Shown here: piece by piece, positions 26,460 to 36,237 of the stretch
How positions within the stretch are numbered: position 1 is the stretch's first letter
How the letters are laid out: each line of letters opens with the position of its first letter
Virus record (IMG/VR): IMGVR_UViG_3300043399_000050
Coordinates: 1-55,112 of that record
Origin: a virus
Taxonomy: Duplodnaviria; Caudoviricetes
Length of the DNA: 55,112 nucleotides
Strand: one strand, 5' to 3'
Program-made: the position numbers and the translations under genes
The notes under the pieces: model-generated
What the model saw: the letters and a program-made list of their open reading frames with translations, nothing else
Database searches by the model: none
What the model was told of the DNA's origin: nothing

Positions 26460-27308
26460 ATGAATCTGAATGACCGAGCCCTACTGGTGCAGTTATCCGT
26501 ATCCCAATGGACTGCCCGCAAGTATGACAAACGAGCCACGAGTGAGGTGGCGACTGCCTTTAACACGACCAAAGATGCAGGTCGGTACAACAAAGCCTTG
26601 CTACCAATGAGCGGTGAGTTGGATAGGGTGCATAAGAAAACCACCCATATCCGTGAGAAATTCTACAAGAACACGCTACCTTGGGGTATCGAGGGTACGA
26701 TGATGCTACCCACTAGCAACTACTTGCAGTTCATGACTGACTTCCGTAAGGAAAAAGCAGAGTGGCAGTACCTTGTTGACCAGTTCGTAGGCAACTATGA
26801 CCAACTGCGACTTGATGCCAAGCGTATTCTTGGTGGGTTGTATGACGATGCTGACTACCCTGATGAGGTGGAGATTGCCCGTAAGTTCAAGATGGACATG
26901 GCTATCTTCCCAGTTCCATCGACCGACTTCAGGGTAGCGATTGCAAGCGATGAGTTGACACGCATACAGCAAGATGTTGAGAAGCGTGTAGCAGACGCGC
27001 AGTCTACTGCCATGAAGGAAGTATGGGACAGACTGTATGACCGAGTGAAGCACATGGCAGAGAAACTTGCTGACCCCAAGGCTATCTTCCGTGACACGAT
27101 GGTGGAGAACACCAAAGAGTTGTGTGCCTTACTGCCACGGTTGAACTTCATGGACGACCCTGACTTGGAAGCCATGCGCCTACAAGTTGAGGACAGTCTG
27201 CTGAAACACCCCGAAGCATTGCGTAATGACCCTGACCTACGCCGTGATACTGCGGCAGAAGCCAAAGCAATCATGGACAAGATGTCCGTATTCATGAAAG
27301 GAGTATGA
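26460..27308 (+). CDS. Helical protein of the AAA+/VWA module (possibly DUF3150-like)
   Basis: 282 aa; AAGGAG RBS; lies between the AAA+ and VWA genes. Confidence 0.6.
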   Translation: MNLNDRALLVQLSVSQWTARKYDKRATSEVATAFNTTKDAGRYNKALLPMSGELDRVHKKTTHIREKFYKNTLPWGIEGTMMLPTSNYLQFMTDFRKEKAEWQYLVDQFVGNYDQLRLDAKRILGGLYDDADYPDEVEIARKFKMDMAIFPVPSTDFRVAIASDELTRIQQDVEKRVADAQSTAMKEVWDRLYDRVKHMAEKLADPKAIFRDTMVENTKELCALLPRLNFMDDPDLEAMRLQVEDSLLKHPEALRNDPDLRRDTAAEAKAIMDKMSVFMKGV

Positions 27309-28453
27309 CGATGACACCTGTACCTAACCATAAGGACTTTGAACCCCTTAGTCCTGCTGACGAGAAGCGCATTGATCGCTTGCTTGCCAAAGCCCGTACC
27401 GCATTGGTACTGGAACACCCATTCGTGGGCAACATTGCATTGAACATGCCGTTCAAGATCGACTACACCTGCCGTACTGCCGCAACAAACGGTAAGGAGA
27501 TTCGATATAACCCTCACTTCATGAATGACCTGAATGATGAGGAACGCAAGTTCGTGGTAGCACACGAGTGCTTTCACCCCATGCTTGACCACAACTTCCG
27601 CAGAGGTGAGCGTCAACCCAAACGGTGGAATCATGCCGCTGACTATGTGGTAAACCAACTGCTGACTGACGAGAGCATCGGTAAAATGCCATCGTTCGGA
27701 CTGCTTAACCCACAACTGTACCAAGCAGGTGGCGGTACGACTGACGGTATCTACAACTTGTTGCCCGAAGATTTAGACGGTGACTCGCTTGACGAGTGCG
27801 AAGATGGTGGTGATACACCTGCTGACCAAGCGCAACAGGAAGCAGAGTGGAAGGTACGGGTAGCACAAGCGGCGCAAGCCGCGAAGATGATGGGCAAGAT
27901 GTCGGCAGGACTTGAACGCCTAGTGGGTGAAGTATTGCAACCCAAGGTTGACTGGCGTGATGTGCTACGAAAGTTCGTGGAGAAAGCCAAGAACGATCAA
28001 CGATCATTCGCCCGACCCAACCGTAGGTTTATCGGACAAGGACTGTACCTGCCAAGCATTAGCGGTGAGACGCTAGGCGAAGTGTGCTTTGCAGTTGACT
28101 GCTCAGGTTCGATTGACCAAAAGACTATCGACCAATTCGCGGCAGAGATTCATGCCGTTAAAGACGAAGGGAATCCAAGTGCGATTCATGTTATTTATTT
28201 TGATAGCGAAGTGTCTCACTACGATAAGTTTGGCAGAGACGATGCCCTGCACATTGCACCCCACGGTGGCGGTGGCACTGCTTTCAGCCCAGTCTTTGAC
28301 TACATGCGACAACATGAGATCAACCCCGTTGCTTGCATCTTCCTGACTGACTTGTGTTGCGATGACTTTGGTGATGCACCTGAGTATCCTGTACTGTGGG
28401 TGTCAACCGATGAAGGTGACGCACCATTCGGTGAAGTAGTGGTGATGAAATGA
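27305..28453 (+). CDS. DUF2201-type metallopeptidase + VWA protein
   Basis: TAATNG, AHECFH (HExxH), WNHAAD..VN, MIDAS DCSGS, GGGGTAF, FLTD. Confidence 0.9.
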   Translation: MTMTPVPNHKDFEPLSPADEKRIDRLLAKARTALVLEHPFVGNIALNMPFKIDYTCRTAATNGKEIRYNPHFMNDLNDEERKFVVAHECFHPMLDHNFRRGERQPKRWNHAADYVVNQLLTDESIGKMPSFGLLNPQLYQAGGGTTDGIYNLLPEDLDGDSLDECEDGGDTPADQAQQEAEWKVRVAQAAQAAKMMGKMSAGLERLVGEVLQPKVDWRDVLRKFVEKAKNDQRSFARPNRRFIGQGLYLPSISGETLGEVCFAVDCSGSIDQKTIDQFAAEIHAVKDEGNPSAIHVIYFDSEVSHYDKFGRDDALHIAPHGGGGTAFSPVFDYMRQHEINPVACIFLTDLCCDDFGDAPEYPVLWVSTDEGDAPFGEVVVMK

Positions 28454-28746
28454 TTAACCTTCCCAATGGCTTTACTCTCAAGAGTAGACAGGTTGGGAAG
28501 ATTGTCGGTAGTGAGTTCGAGTTGATTGTCTACTGGCGCAAAAGTCCACAAGACTTTGCCCGACCTGCCTTTGAACTGCGCAAGCACTTTGACACAACCT
28601 TGTACCAAGCCAAGTATGCAGGCAGGCTAGTCAATGCTTACGAGGTAGGTGGTGGCGACTGGCTACAAGACACCGACCTTGACCGATTGATACTAACCAT
28701 GTGTGCTAAGGCACGAATACTAGGAGGTGGACATGGACATAAGTGA
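28450..28746 (+). CDS. Hypothetical protein
   Basis: 98 aa; ATGA coupled. Confidence 0.6.
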   Translation: MINLPNGFTLKSRQVGKIVGSEFELIVYWRKSPQDFARPAFELRKHFDTTLYQAKYAGRLVNAYEVGGGDWLQDTDLDRLILTMCAKARILGGGHGHK

Positions 28747-29314
28747 TGAACTACTAGAGAAGTATCGGCACTTCAATGTCGAGCATACTGATTGGTGGGA
28801 CTACACCTACGACGACTTCAAGTCACGCATGATTGATGTTGGCATACGGGTAGATGAGATTTACTTCTCAGGGTTTTGTTCTCAAGGTGCTGGCGCATGT
28901 TTCAAGGGTGAGATTGAGAACACACCGCTATTTCTTGAGAAGCATTGCAAGCCTGATGAGTACCCGATGATACGCAAGTTGTTGGCTAGTGGTGGCACAT
29001 GCAAGATCAGAAGTGAACACCGTGGGCATTACTACCATGAGAACTGCACCACATTCGATGTGATCGCAGATCAGTTGTGGCAGGTGTTATCCATGCCGAC
29101 AGAGTTTCACGAACAGATCGTAGAAGAATGGGACAAGATGTTAAAGTATGAATTGCAGGACTTTGAGAAGGAAAGCGTTGAGATATTCAAACGCTACATG
29201 AGGGAGTTGTACCGTGAGTTAGAGCAAGATTATGACTATCTCACAAGTGACGAGGCGGTCAAGGAATCCATCATCGCTAATGACTTAACTGAAACTGAAA
29301 CAGAAGGAGTGTGA
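28733..29314 (+). CDS. Acidic hypothetical protein (family often labelled antitoxin-like in mobile elements)
   Basis: IYFSGF.SQG.GACF.G, YYHEN, LY..LE..YDYLTSDEAV.E.I.AN; AGGAGG RBS. Confidence 0.65.
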   Translation: MDISDELLEKYRHFNVEHTDWWDYTYDDFKSRMIDVGIRVDEIYFSGFCSQGAGACFKGEIENTPLFLEKHCKPDEYPMIRKLLASGGTCKIRSEHRGHYYHENCTTFDVIADQLWQVLSMPTEFHEQIVEEWDKMLKYELQDFEKESVEIFKRYMRELYRELEQDYDYLTSDEAVKESIIANDLTETETEGV

Positions 29315-29315
29315 C

Positions 29316-29951
29316 ATGGCAACAGTACGATTTAGCAAGGAATTGCAAGAGGAAATTATCAAGAACGCTAAGGCAGTATTCGACAAGCAAGCGCAAGCGG
29401 CACGGGAAGCCAAGCCCGATGAGGCATGGGGTGAAAAGATATACAACATCTTGTTCGGTGAGCATGTGCCTGCCCTGAACGCAGTACCCCAGTACTTCTT
29501 AAACATGACCGAGAAGATCAAGATCGAGCAGGTCGGTGATCGCTCATGCAACCTTGAGTTCAAACTCAACAACCCACGCCCCTTCCCCATCCCCAATGAG
29601 TTTCCCAACATGGAATTGGCTAAGAAGGCAGGCTATTACGACAACGCCATTGCCTTGAAGGACAACCTTGTATGGAGTGAGTTCTTTGCCGAAGTAGCCA
29701 AGTGGCAGGAAGGCATGAAGGCAGTCGAAGAAAAACGCCGTGTGTTTGTCGAGCAGGTGGAGAAGATCATCAATGCACATGCCACCCTTGCCCCTGCCCT
29801 AAAGATGTGGCAACCCCTGTGGGATTTAATCCCTGAAGAATACAAGGAACGCCACCGCAAGATCGTTGAGCGTGAGAAGAAGGAAGTCAATGTCGATGTT
29901 GACTTGCAATCCCTGACTGCCACGGTAGTCGCCCACAAAATCACACGCTAA
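29316..29951 (+). CDS. Nmad5-like hypothetical protein
   Basis: N-terminal RFSKEL.E.I and C-terminal TL..ALK.W..L..LIP. Confidence 0.5.
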   Translation: MATVRFSKELQEEIIKNAKAVFDKQAQAAREAKPDEAWGEKIYNILFGEHVPALNAVPQYFLNMTEKIKIEQVGDRSCNLEFKLNNPRPFPIPNEFPNMELAKKAGYYDNAIALKDNLVWSEFFAEVAKWQEGMKAVEEKRRVFVEQVEKIINAHATLAPALKMWQPLWDLIPEEYKERHRKIVEREKKEVNVDVDLQSLTATVVAHKITR

Positions 29952-29960
29952 GGAGTTGAC

Positions 29961-30833
29961 ATGAGGACAGACAAACTAGCGTACCAAGATGTTGCTGAGT
30001 GGTTCAAACGAGCCCGTAATCCTGAGAACGGCAGACCCGTACAGTCATGGGGTCGAATGTACCAAGTGGGTGAGAACTACGAACTGCGGTTCGGTTCACG
30101 GATCTCCACCGTAGGTGTGTTCACACCTGACAACAAGTTTATATTTAAGTTGACTGCAAGCGAAGCACGGAATTGTAGTGTCACCCTGAGCCAAGCATTG
30201 CAACGAGCCATACCATTCCTGTGGTATCGGGTAGGCGCAGGCAGATATGTTGTCAAGCCGACACCACAATGGGCAGAGTTCAAGCAAGCCAACCCAAACC
30301 ACAGTTATGCGTGGCAGTTCTTCAAAAATCAAAAGGGTTATGAAGTATTCGATGGGCTATGCTTTGACCTGAATACATACATGCCTGTAAATGCACGACC
30401 TGACTACAAAAATCAGGCAGTCAACCAAGATCAAAAGTTAGAGTGGCTACGCCAACTGCGGAAGTTCAAACATGCGGCAAAAGTACGAGCGCGTATGGGT
30501 GTAGTAGATACCCTGATAGCGCAGGTAAACAAAGAGCGTGGTGGTAGTTCACGATACGATTGGAAGATGCCTGATTGGAACAGTGATGAATGGCAAAACA
30601 TACTGTACACTTCAATAAAAAACACAGACTGCACAACCGAACTACTCAAGGGTGTTATCCAAACCGTACGCCGTGGCTATTACGGTAGCCCTGTTGGCGG
30701 TAGCTCTGTTGGTAGCGCGGAAGTACTGAAGGAACTAGACCGCATATGCACAACATACAGTATCGACTTACGCCGAAAGTTCGGGGTATTTGATGAAGTG
30801 TCCAACTTGCAAGAGCAGAATGAAGTGTCTTGA
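29961..30833 (+). CDS. Hypothetical protein
   Basis: 290 aa; AAGGAG RBS. Confidence 0.8.
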   Translation: MRTDKLAYQDVAEWFKRARNPENGRPVQSWGRMYQVGENYELRFGSRISTVGVFTPDNKFIFKLTASEARNCSVTLSQALQRAIPFLWYRVGAGRYVVKPTPQWAEFKQANPNHSYAWQFFKNQKGYEVFDGLCFDLNTYMPVNARPDYKNQAVNQDQKLEWLRQLRKFKHAAKVRARMGVVDTLIAQVNKERGGSSRYDWKMPDWNSDEWQNILYTSIKNTDCTTELLKGVIQTVRRGYYGSPVGGSSVGSAEVLKELDRICTTYSIDLRRKFGVFDEVSNLQEQNEVS

Positions 30834-31137
30834 CACACGGTGGCAAGCGGCGGATAGAGTCACATTACGCAGGTGGCAATGCACTTGTGGTTTGCGTGGC
30901 AAGACTATTGAGCAATGGATAAATGAAACCGTTGACCAAAAGCCTGAGCAACCCAAGCCAAGTAAACCAAGCAAGCCATTGACACCGCGTAAAGTCGTGA
31001 AGCAAAAGATACAGAAACAAGTTGTGAATAGACGACGCCCTTCTCAGTTCGATGACATTGATGAGGACTACTCGCCCAGCCGCAACGAGGACTTCAGGGA
31101 TATTGGGATAGACCTACCACACGGAAAGGACTGGTGA
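30793..31137 (+). CDS. NrdR-like zinc-ribbon protein
   Basis: MKCP.C......DTR......RR..C.CG.R..T.E. Confidence 0.7.
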   Translation: MKCPTCKSRMKCLDTRWQAADRVTLRRWQCTCGLRGKTIEQWINETVDQKPEQPKPSKPSKPLTPRKVVKQKIQKQVVNRRRPSQFDDIDEDYSPSRNEDFRDIGIDLPHGKDW

Positions 31138-31364
31138 TGGAACAGAAAGATGCAGAGAACTACCTGCGGGTAGTCGATAAGATTCAAGCGGCGATGCACG
31201 GTGAGAACATTGATGATCTTGTCCCTGCCCTTGCTACTTGTTTAGCGCAGGTGGGTGCAGAGTTCGCACCTAACAAGCAAAGGTTCGTATCGTATGTAGT
31301 CGGTACGATTGATAACTTGTACGACCATTGTCGGAAAGGAATGAGCGATGGAAAATCACATTAA
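31137..31364 (+). CDS. Hypothetical protein
   Basis: 75 aa; AAGGA RBS. Confidence 0.65.
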   Translation: MEQKDAENYLRVVDKIQAAMHGENIDDLVPALATCLAQVGAEFAPNKQRFVSYVVGTIDNLYDHCRKGMSDGKSH

Positions 31365-31545
31365 AGTAAAGTGCCATGCCTGTGGTTGGGTATCCAACGA
31401 TGGGTTTGCCATGAAGTCGGAAGTCGATGGCAAAGAAGTTATGGGTTGTCCCCAATGCCGTGGTGTTGACACGGTGGGGCAAGCCTGTGGGGTAGAAGGT
31501 TGTTGGAACTTTATCCCATGCCCTGAACACGGTGAGATCAAATGA
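31348..31545 (+). CDS. Cys-rich zinc-binding small protein
   Basis: CHAC, CPQC, C...GC, CPEH. Confidence 0.65.
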   Translation: MENHIKVKCHACGWVSNDGFAMKSEVDGKEVMGCPQCRGVDTVGQACGVEGCWNFIPCPEHGEIK

Positions 31546-31640
31546 TGCGCGGCGGTGACCCGTGGCAGATGATCGTACTCGTGTATGCCCTATTGATTGC
31601 AGTAGCGGCAGTTGTCTTGTTGTTAAACATATATTTCTAG
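31542..31640 (+). CDS. 32-aa single-TM peptide, not in the ORF track
   Basis: MMRGGDPWQMIVLVYALLIAVAAVVLLLNIYF; ATGA coupled. Confidence 0.5.
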   Translation: MMRGGDPWQMIVLVYALLIAVAAVVLLLNIYF

Positions 31641-31649
31641 GAGAGTGAC

Positions 31650-32240
31650 ATGCGACCAGAAGCATTACGCTTGGCTGAATACTTAGAACTTCCACATATC
31701 GGGCAAAACAAATCCGCCGCAGAGTTACGCCGATTGCATGAGGTGAACGAAGCACTACGCCAAGCAGCAGAGATGGTGCTGGAGGCTTTGGTAAATTTTG
31801 GACAAGGGAATTCCGAGCCAGAACAAAAATCTGCGGTTTATCAATGCCCAAGATGCGCTACTTCAATGGACGTAGACATAAATGCCAAACCTGTCGATAC
31901 CGTAAACATATCAGCAGAAAGTGTCGATGGAACAGAGAAACATCGACACGAGCATTTGTTTCGCATCGAGCGCCGAGGCAGCGAGTGGTCAATCTATCGA
32001 GGCCGAGACCATCAACACCAAGGCTTTCTCCTTGGGTGGCTGGTGGAGACCGACTACAAAACGGCCAAGATGCTTGAAGACCGTCTAAATGCTGCACCAC
32101 CAAAGCGTGAATGGGTAGGGCTAACGGATGAGGAGGTCGGTGGACTTACGATGTTTGATGGTTTGACTCACATTGAAGTGCCAATACTTGCTGATTTTGC
32201 CCGCGCCATCGAGGCCAAACTAAAGGAGAAGAACACATGA
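31650..32240 (+). CDS. Mosaic hypothetical protein
   Basis: EALRLA..LE..AAELRRLH and REWVGLTDEE...FARAIEAKLKEKN modules common in phage early genes. Confidence 0.75.
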   Translation: MRPEALRLAEYLELPHIGQNKSAAELRRLHEVNEALRQAAEMVLEALVNFGQGNSEPEQKSAVYQCPRCATSMDVDINAKPVDTVNISAESVDGTEKHRHEHLFRIERRGSEWSIYRGRDHQHQGFLLGWLVETDYKTAKMLEDRLNAAPPKREWVGLTDEEVGGLTMFDGLTHIEVPILADFARAIEAKLKEKNT

Positions 32241-32683
32241 GCGTCATAGTGTGGGATGGCAGGACACTTGCCGCAGATAAGCAGTCAACGACCGATGGGT
32301 TAAAGCGCAAGACCACTAAGATTTTTAGAATCAACGGTGATCTTGTTGGCTTTACGGGTGCGTGGGATTTAGCACAGACCATTAAGCAGTGGTACGCCAA
32401 CGGTGCAAAGCCTGATGAGTGGCCTGACTTCCAAGCAAACGATGACAAGTGGGTGGGCATACTCGCAATAACTTCAAGCGGCAAGGTGCATAAGTACGAA
32501 CGCTCGCCCTACCCTATGGACTACACGAAAGCAGGTGCGATGTGCATCGGCAGTGGTAGGGACTATGCCTATGGTGCATTGGCAATGGGTGCAGATGCTA
32601 GACAGGCAGTGCTTATCGCCATTAAGTACGACGCGGGTTGCGGTATGGGTGTAGACACATTGACATTTGAGAGGGTGAAATGA
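32237..32683 (+). CDS. HslV/proteasome-beta-like Ntn hydrolase
   Basis: S-V-I-V-W-D-G..LAAD.Q, KIF, GFTG, IGSG..YA.GAL..G..A..AV..A...D...G. Confidence 0.75.
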   Translation: MSVIVWDGRTLAADKQSTTDGLKRKTTKIFRINGDLVGFTGAWDLAQTIKQWYANGAKPDEWPDFQANDDKWVGILAITSSGKVHKYERSPYPMDYTKAGAMCIGSGRDYAYGALAMGADARQAVLIAIKYDAGCGMGVDTLTFERVK

Positions 32684-32913
32684 ATAAAGCAAACGAAACG
32701 CAAGAAGGTGGGGATCACTATAAGAACATGGGCATTGAACCGTGGGACGTGGTGGATACATGGCCCATCGAGCAACGCATTGGATATTACCGAGGTGGTG
32801 CATTGAAGTACATCATGCGTATGGGTAGTAAAGATGAATCCCCATTGGAGATTGCCAAAGGCAAACACTACATGCAGAAGTTGCTTGAGGTTCTTAATGA
32901 ACAGTATCCATAA
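32680..32913 (+). CDS. DUF3310 (SaV/T7 gp1.7-like) protein
   Basis: Q.GGDHYK...IEPWD, G.ALKYI.R.G.K, I.K..HY. Confidence 0.85.
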   Translation: MNKANETQEGGDHYKNMGIEPWDVVDTWPIEQRIGYYRGGALKYIMRMGSKDESPLEIAKGKHYMQKLLEVLNEQYP

Positions 32914-33139
32914 AGAAGTTCTTGCATGGGCACTGGAAGAAAAGAGTGGTGGGCGCAAAGGGAAACTGATAACGGTGGACTACGCACCGTACTGGCACCC
33001 TATACATACTGCTGTGTTCGCTACGCGTAGTGACGCGACCGCTTATCGGCGCAACAAAAATGCTATAGATAAGCTGGCAGTTGTCCGAGTAAAAATAATT
33101 ATTGAGAAGGTGGTGCAAGATGGACATAGTGACGATTGA
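32897..33139 (+). CDS. Hypothetical protein
   Basis: GAGG RBS before ATG 32897. Confidence 0.55.
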   Translation: MNSIHKEVLAWALEEKSGGRKGKLITVDYAPYWHPIHTAVFATRSDATAYRRNKNAIDKLAVVRVKIIIEKVVQDGHSDD

Positions 33140-34997
33140 TTTTGAAACCTACTACGACAAGGAGTATTCGCTTTCAAAGATAACCACCGAACAGTATGTT
33201 CGTAGCCCTGAGTTTGAAGTCATCGGCGTGGGGGTTAAAGTCAACGACTACCCGACTGACTGGTACTCAGGCGATAACCCTGAGCGGTTTCTCAAGAGTC
33301 TTGACTACCGAGACAAGGCAATCCTTTGCCACAACACTGCGTTCGATGGGGCAATCCTGTCGTGGCGGTTTGGCATCAAGCCTAAGTTGTGGCTCGACAC
33401 CCTGAGTATGGCTAGACCTCTGCATCAAATGACTGTGGGGGGTTCTCTCAAAGCACTGGCAACTTATTATGGGTTGGGTGTGAAGGGTGACGAAGTCATC
33501 ATGGCATTGGGTAAACGCAGGGCTGACTTTAGTCCTGACGAAATGGCACGGTACGCATCGTACTGTGTGAATGATGTTGACCTGACCTACGCATTGTTCA
33601 ACAAGTTGAAGGTTGGTTTTCCTGTGTCGGAGATGCTGGTCATCGACCAAACCATTCGCATGTACACCGAGCCAGTGATCGAGTTGGACAGGGAACTCTT
33701 AGAGAAACATCTTGGTGAAGTCATTGCCAAGAAGCGCACTCTAATCTCTGACATGGGCATCAACGATGCGAGTGAGGAAGCCATTAAGAAAGTCTTGATG
33801 AGCAACCAAATCTTTGCGAAGTACCTGACTAACCTCGGAGTCGAGCCACCAACCAAGGTGAGCGCCCGCACGGGCAAGGAAACATTTGCGTTCGGCAAGA
33901 CGGACAAAGGATTCACTGACTTGCTAGAACATCCTGATGAGAGAGTGCAGGTCGCGGTCGCGGCGAGACTGGGGGTCAAGTCTACTATTGAAGAAACCCG
34001 CACCCTCAATTTGATCGGGGTGTCCGAGCGAGGTCGCCTGCCGATCATGCTCAATTACTATGGGGCGCACACTGGTCGGTTCAGTGGCGGGGACAAACTC
34101 AATCTTCAGAACCTGCCTGCGCGTGGGAACAACACAATCCGACGGGCATTGAAAGCACCCGCAGGGCAAGTTATTGTGGCGTGTGATTCGGCACAGATCG
34201 AGGCCCGCATGGTTGCATGGGTAGCCGAGCAACAAGATTTGCTTGAAGCCTTTGCTCAGAAGCGTGATGTGTACTCAGAGTTTGCCACCGAAGTTTATGG
34301 GCGCACCATTACCAAGGCTGACAAGGTGGAGCGGTTCGTGGGCAAGACCTGTATTTTGGGGTTAGGTTATGGCATGGGCGCAGAGAAGTTCAGGCGCACA
34401 TTGGAGATTGGTCAAGGCGGTGTGTCCGTCAAGATCACCATCCAAGAAGCCGAGAGGATTGTGCGTCTGTATCGGCAGAAGAACTTCAAGATTGTCCAGT
34501 TGTGGAACAAGTGTGGGCAAGCACTGAACGGCATACTCAATCGTGTATCGGGTGAGATAGCCCGTGGAATTATCTACGATGAGCAAGGCATAAGACTCCC
34601 CAACAAGTTGTACATTCGCTACCCTGCACTGCGAGCCAACGGCACGAACTTTGAGTACATCGCTGACGCTCGTCAATATAGGAAGGCGGTGCAAGACCGA
34701 GTGGTATCAGGGCAGACCTCTGACATTTCGTGGACAAAAATCTACGGGGGCAAGGTCACGGAGAACTTGATTCAAGCACTGGCTCGTATCGTAGTCGCAG
34801 AACAAATGGCAAAGATCGGGCAACACTACCATGTCGCTTTCCAAGTGCATGACGAGATCATCATCACGGCCCCGGAAGCAGATGCGACAAACGCACAGCA
34901 ACTTCTTGAGGCAGTCATGTCCACTGCACCACGCTGGTGTCCTGATCTACCAGTCGCATGTGAGTCGGGTGTGGCAACCAACTATGGAGAAACATGA
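33120..34997 (+). CDS. polA: Family A DNA polymerase with 3'-5' exonuclease
   Basis: DFET, HN..FD, YC.ND exonuclease motifs; TGRFS, NLQNLP, motif A DSAQIEAR, motif B R..GK...LGLGYG, motif C VHDE. Confidence 0.95.
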   Translation: MDIVTIDFETYYDKEYSLSKITTEQYVRSPEFEVIGVGVKVNDYPTDWYSGDNPERFLKSLDYRDKAILCHNTAFDGAILSWRFGIKPKLWLDTLSMARPLHQMTVGGSLKALATYYGLGVKGDEVIMALGKRRADFSPDEMARYASYCVNDVDLTYALFNKLKVGFPVSEMLVIDQTIRMYTEPVIELDRELLEKHLGEVIAKKRTLISDMGINDASEEAIKKVLMSNQIFAKYLTNLGVEPPTKVSARTGKETFAFGKTDKGFTDLLEHPDERVQVAVAARLGVKSTIEETRTLNLIGVSERGRLPIMLNYYGAHTGRFSGGDKLNLQNLPARGNNTIRRALKAPAGQVIVACDSAQIEARMVAWVAEQQDLLEAFAQKRDVYSEFATEVYGRTITKADKVERFVGKTCILGLGYGMGAEKFRRTLEIGQGGVSVKITIQEAERIVRLYRQKNFKIVQLWNKCGQALNGILNRVSGEIARGIIYDEQGIRLPNKLYIRYPALRANGTNFEYIADARQYRKAVQDRVVSGQTSDISWTKIYGGKVTENLIQALARIVVAEQMAKIGQHYHVAFQVHDEIIITAPEADATNAQQLLEAVMSTAPRWCPDLPVACESGVATNYGET

Positions 34998-35215
34998 TGG
35001 GTGCTGACTTGAGAGATTGGACTGACATTGTTAGAACGGTGCGGTTCGGTCACAACAAACCGTTCTACTGGATTGAAATGCCCGATGGCAAACGCAACCG
35101 CATGATTACTCGTGGCAAGTTGATGGCATCGCTTGCAGTACTGCGTATGAACTACCCTGATTTGATTCTGAAACAAGTGGGCGAGTTGCCCAAACAAAAG
35201 GAGAAACGGAAATGA
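34994..35215 (+). CDS. Hypothetical protein
   Basis: 73 aa; GGAG RBS; ATGA coupled. Confidence 0.6.
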   Translation: MMGADLRDWTDIVRTVRFGHNKPFYWIEMPDGKRNRMITRGKLMASLAVLRMNYPDLILKQVGELPKQKEKRK

Positions 35216-35472
35216 CAAGTGGTCGTGACGAAATGATGAGCAATGTGGCAAACCTGACTACGGTAGTCGGGAATAAACGCAACGATGAAGTTGTTGACAT
35301 GTTGGAGCAAGCCCTAGCCTCTGCCAAAGAGGGGGGCTCAACGGATGTGTTCATCCTGCTGAAAAAGGGGGGTACTTTCTACCGCTACTCCCCCAAAGTC
35401 GAGGATGTAATGGAGTCAATCGCCCAGTTTGAACTGCTGAAATACGACATGTTGCGCCGTATGCACGACTGA
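35212..35472 (+). CDS. Hypothetical protein
   Basis: 86 aa; AAGGAG RBS. Confidence 0.7.
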   Translation: MTSGRDEMMSNVANLTTVVGNKRNDEVVDMLEQALASAKEGGSTDVFILLKKGGTFYRYSPKVEDVMESIAQFELLKYDMLRRMHD

Positions 35473-35533
35473 TATATACTGGCCTTTCCAACTGAACAGA
35501 GAACCCCAAGGACACCCCGAGGGGCTACAATTT

Positions 35534-36193
35534 ATGCGCTTAGCACACTCTTACTCGTCCATTAAGTTGTACGAGAACTGCCCGTACCGCTACTTCCGTC
35601 AGCGGATTGTGAAGGATGTTGTCGATGAAGGCGGCGAGGCCAGCAAGTATGGGGAACGCATCCACCAATATCTTGAGATGCGTTTGAAGCAAGACGGTCT
35701 GCTGCCGCAGGAAGTCGCACACTACGAACCACTGTGTGCATCGGTGGAGCGCATCGCCAAGGGCGGGGAACTGCACATCGAAAAGGAACTGGTGCTGACC
35801 GACAACCTTACACCAACAGGTTGGTGGGATGCAGACGCATGGCTCCGATCCAAACTTGACATCCTTGTAATCAGCGGTAATGATGCGGTGGTCATGGATT
35901 GGAAAACAGGCAAGCGCAACCCCGACTTCTTTCAGATGCAAATCTTTGCGGCGCAGGTATTCAAACACTTCCCCGATGTGGTCAGAGTCAAGACCAGTTT
36001 GGTGTGGCTCAAGACGATGGAGATGGACACGGAGAACTACGACAGGGTGAGCATCAACGCTATATGGGCTGAGATCATGAAGCGTATCCAACGGATTCAC
36101 ACCAGTCTTGAGCATGACAACTGGCCTATGCGACCCAGTGGGTTGTGTCGGTTCTGCCCTGCTCGGCACGACTGCGTGAGTGCTAGGGTTTAA
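35534..36193 (+). CDS. Cas4-like/RecB-family PD-(D/E)xK exonuclease
   Basis: SYSS...Y..CP, G..IH, E, LD, DWKTG, QM.IF, CRFCP...C Fe-S cysteines. Confidence 0.9.
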   Translation: MRLAHSYSSIKLYENCPYRYFRQRIVKDVVDEGGEASKYGERIHQYLEMRLKQDGLLPQEVAHYEPLCASVERIAKGGELHIEKELVLTDNLTPTGWWDADAWLRSKLDILVISGNDAVVMDWKTGKRNPDFFQMQIFAAQVFKHFPDVVRVKTSLVWLKTMEMDTENYDRVSINAIWAEIMKRIQRIHTSLEHDNWPMRPSGLCRFCPARHDCVSARV

Positions 36194-36209
36194 CCTTAGA
36201 AAATAATAC

Positions 36210-36237
36210 TTGACAAGATTGTAAAGGGGAGTAAGAT
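36210..36237 (+). promoter_or_regulatory. Possible internal promoter
   Basis: TTGACA-16-TAAGAT in an AT-rich gap; -10 overlaps the next ATG. Confidence 0.35.

Noticed and set aside
28733-29314. Toxin-antitoxin module
   Set aside because: The antitoxin label for this family is unverified and no toxin neighbour is recognisable
29316-32913. DNA base-modification system suggested by Nmad5-like and DUF3310 genes
   Set aside because: No methylase, glycosyltransferase, thymidylate synthase, PurZ or queuosine-pathway genes recognised
35534-36193. Cas4-like gene as sign of a CRISPR-Cas system
   Set aside because: Standalone phage replication/recombination nuclease; no array or other cas genes
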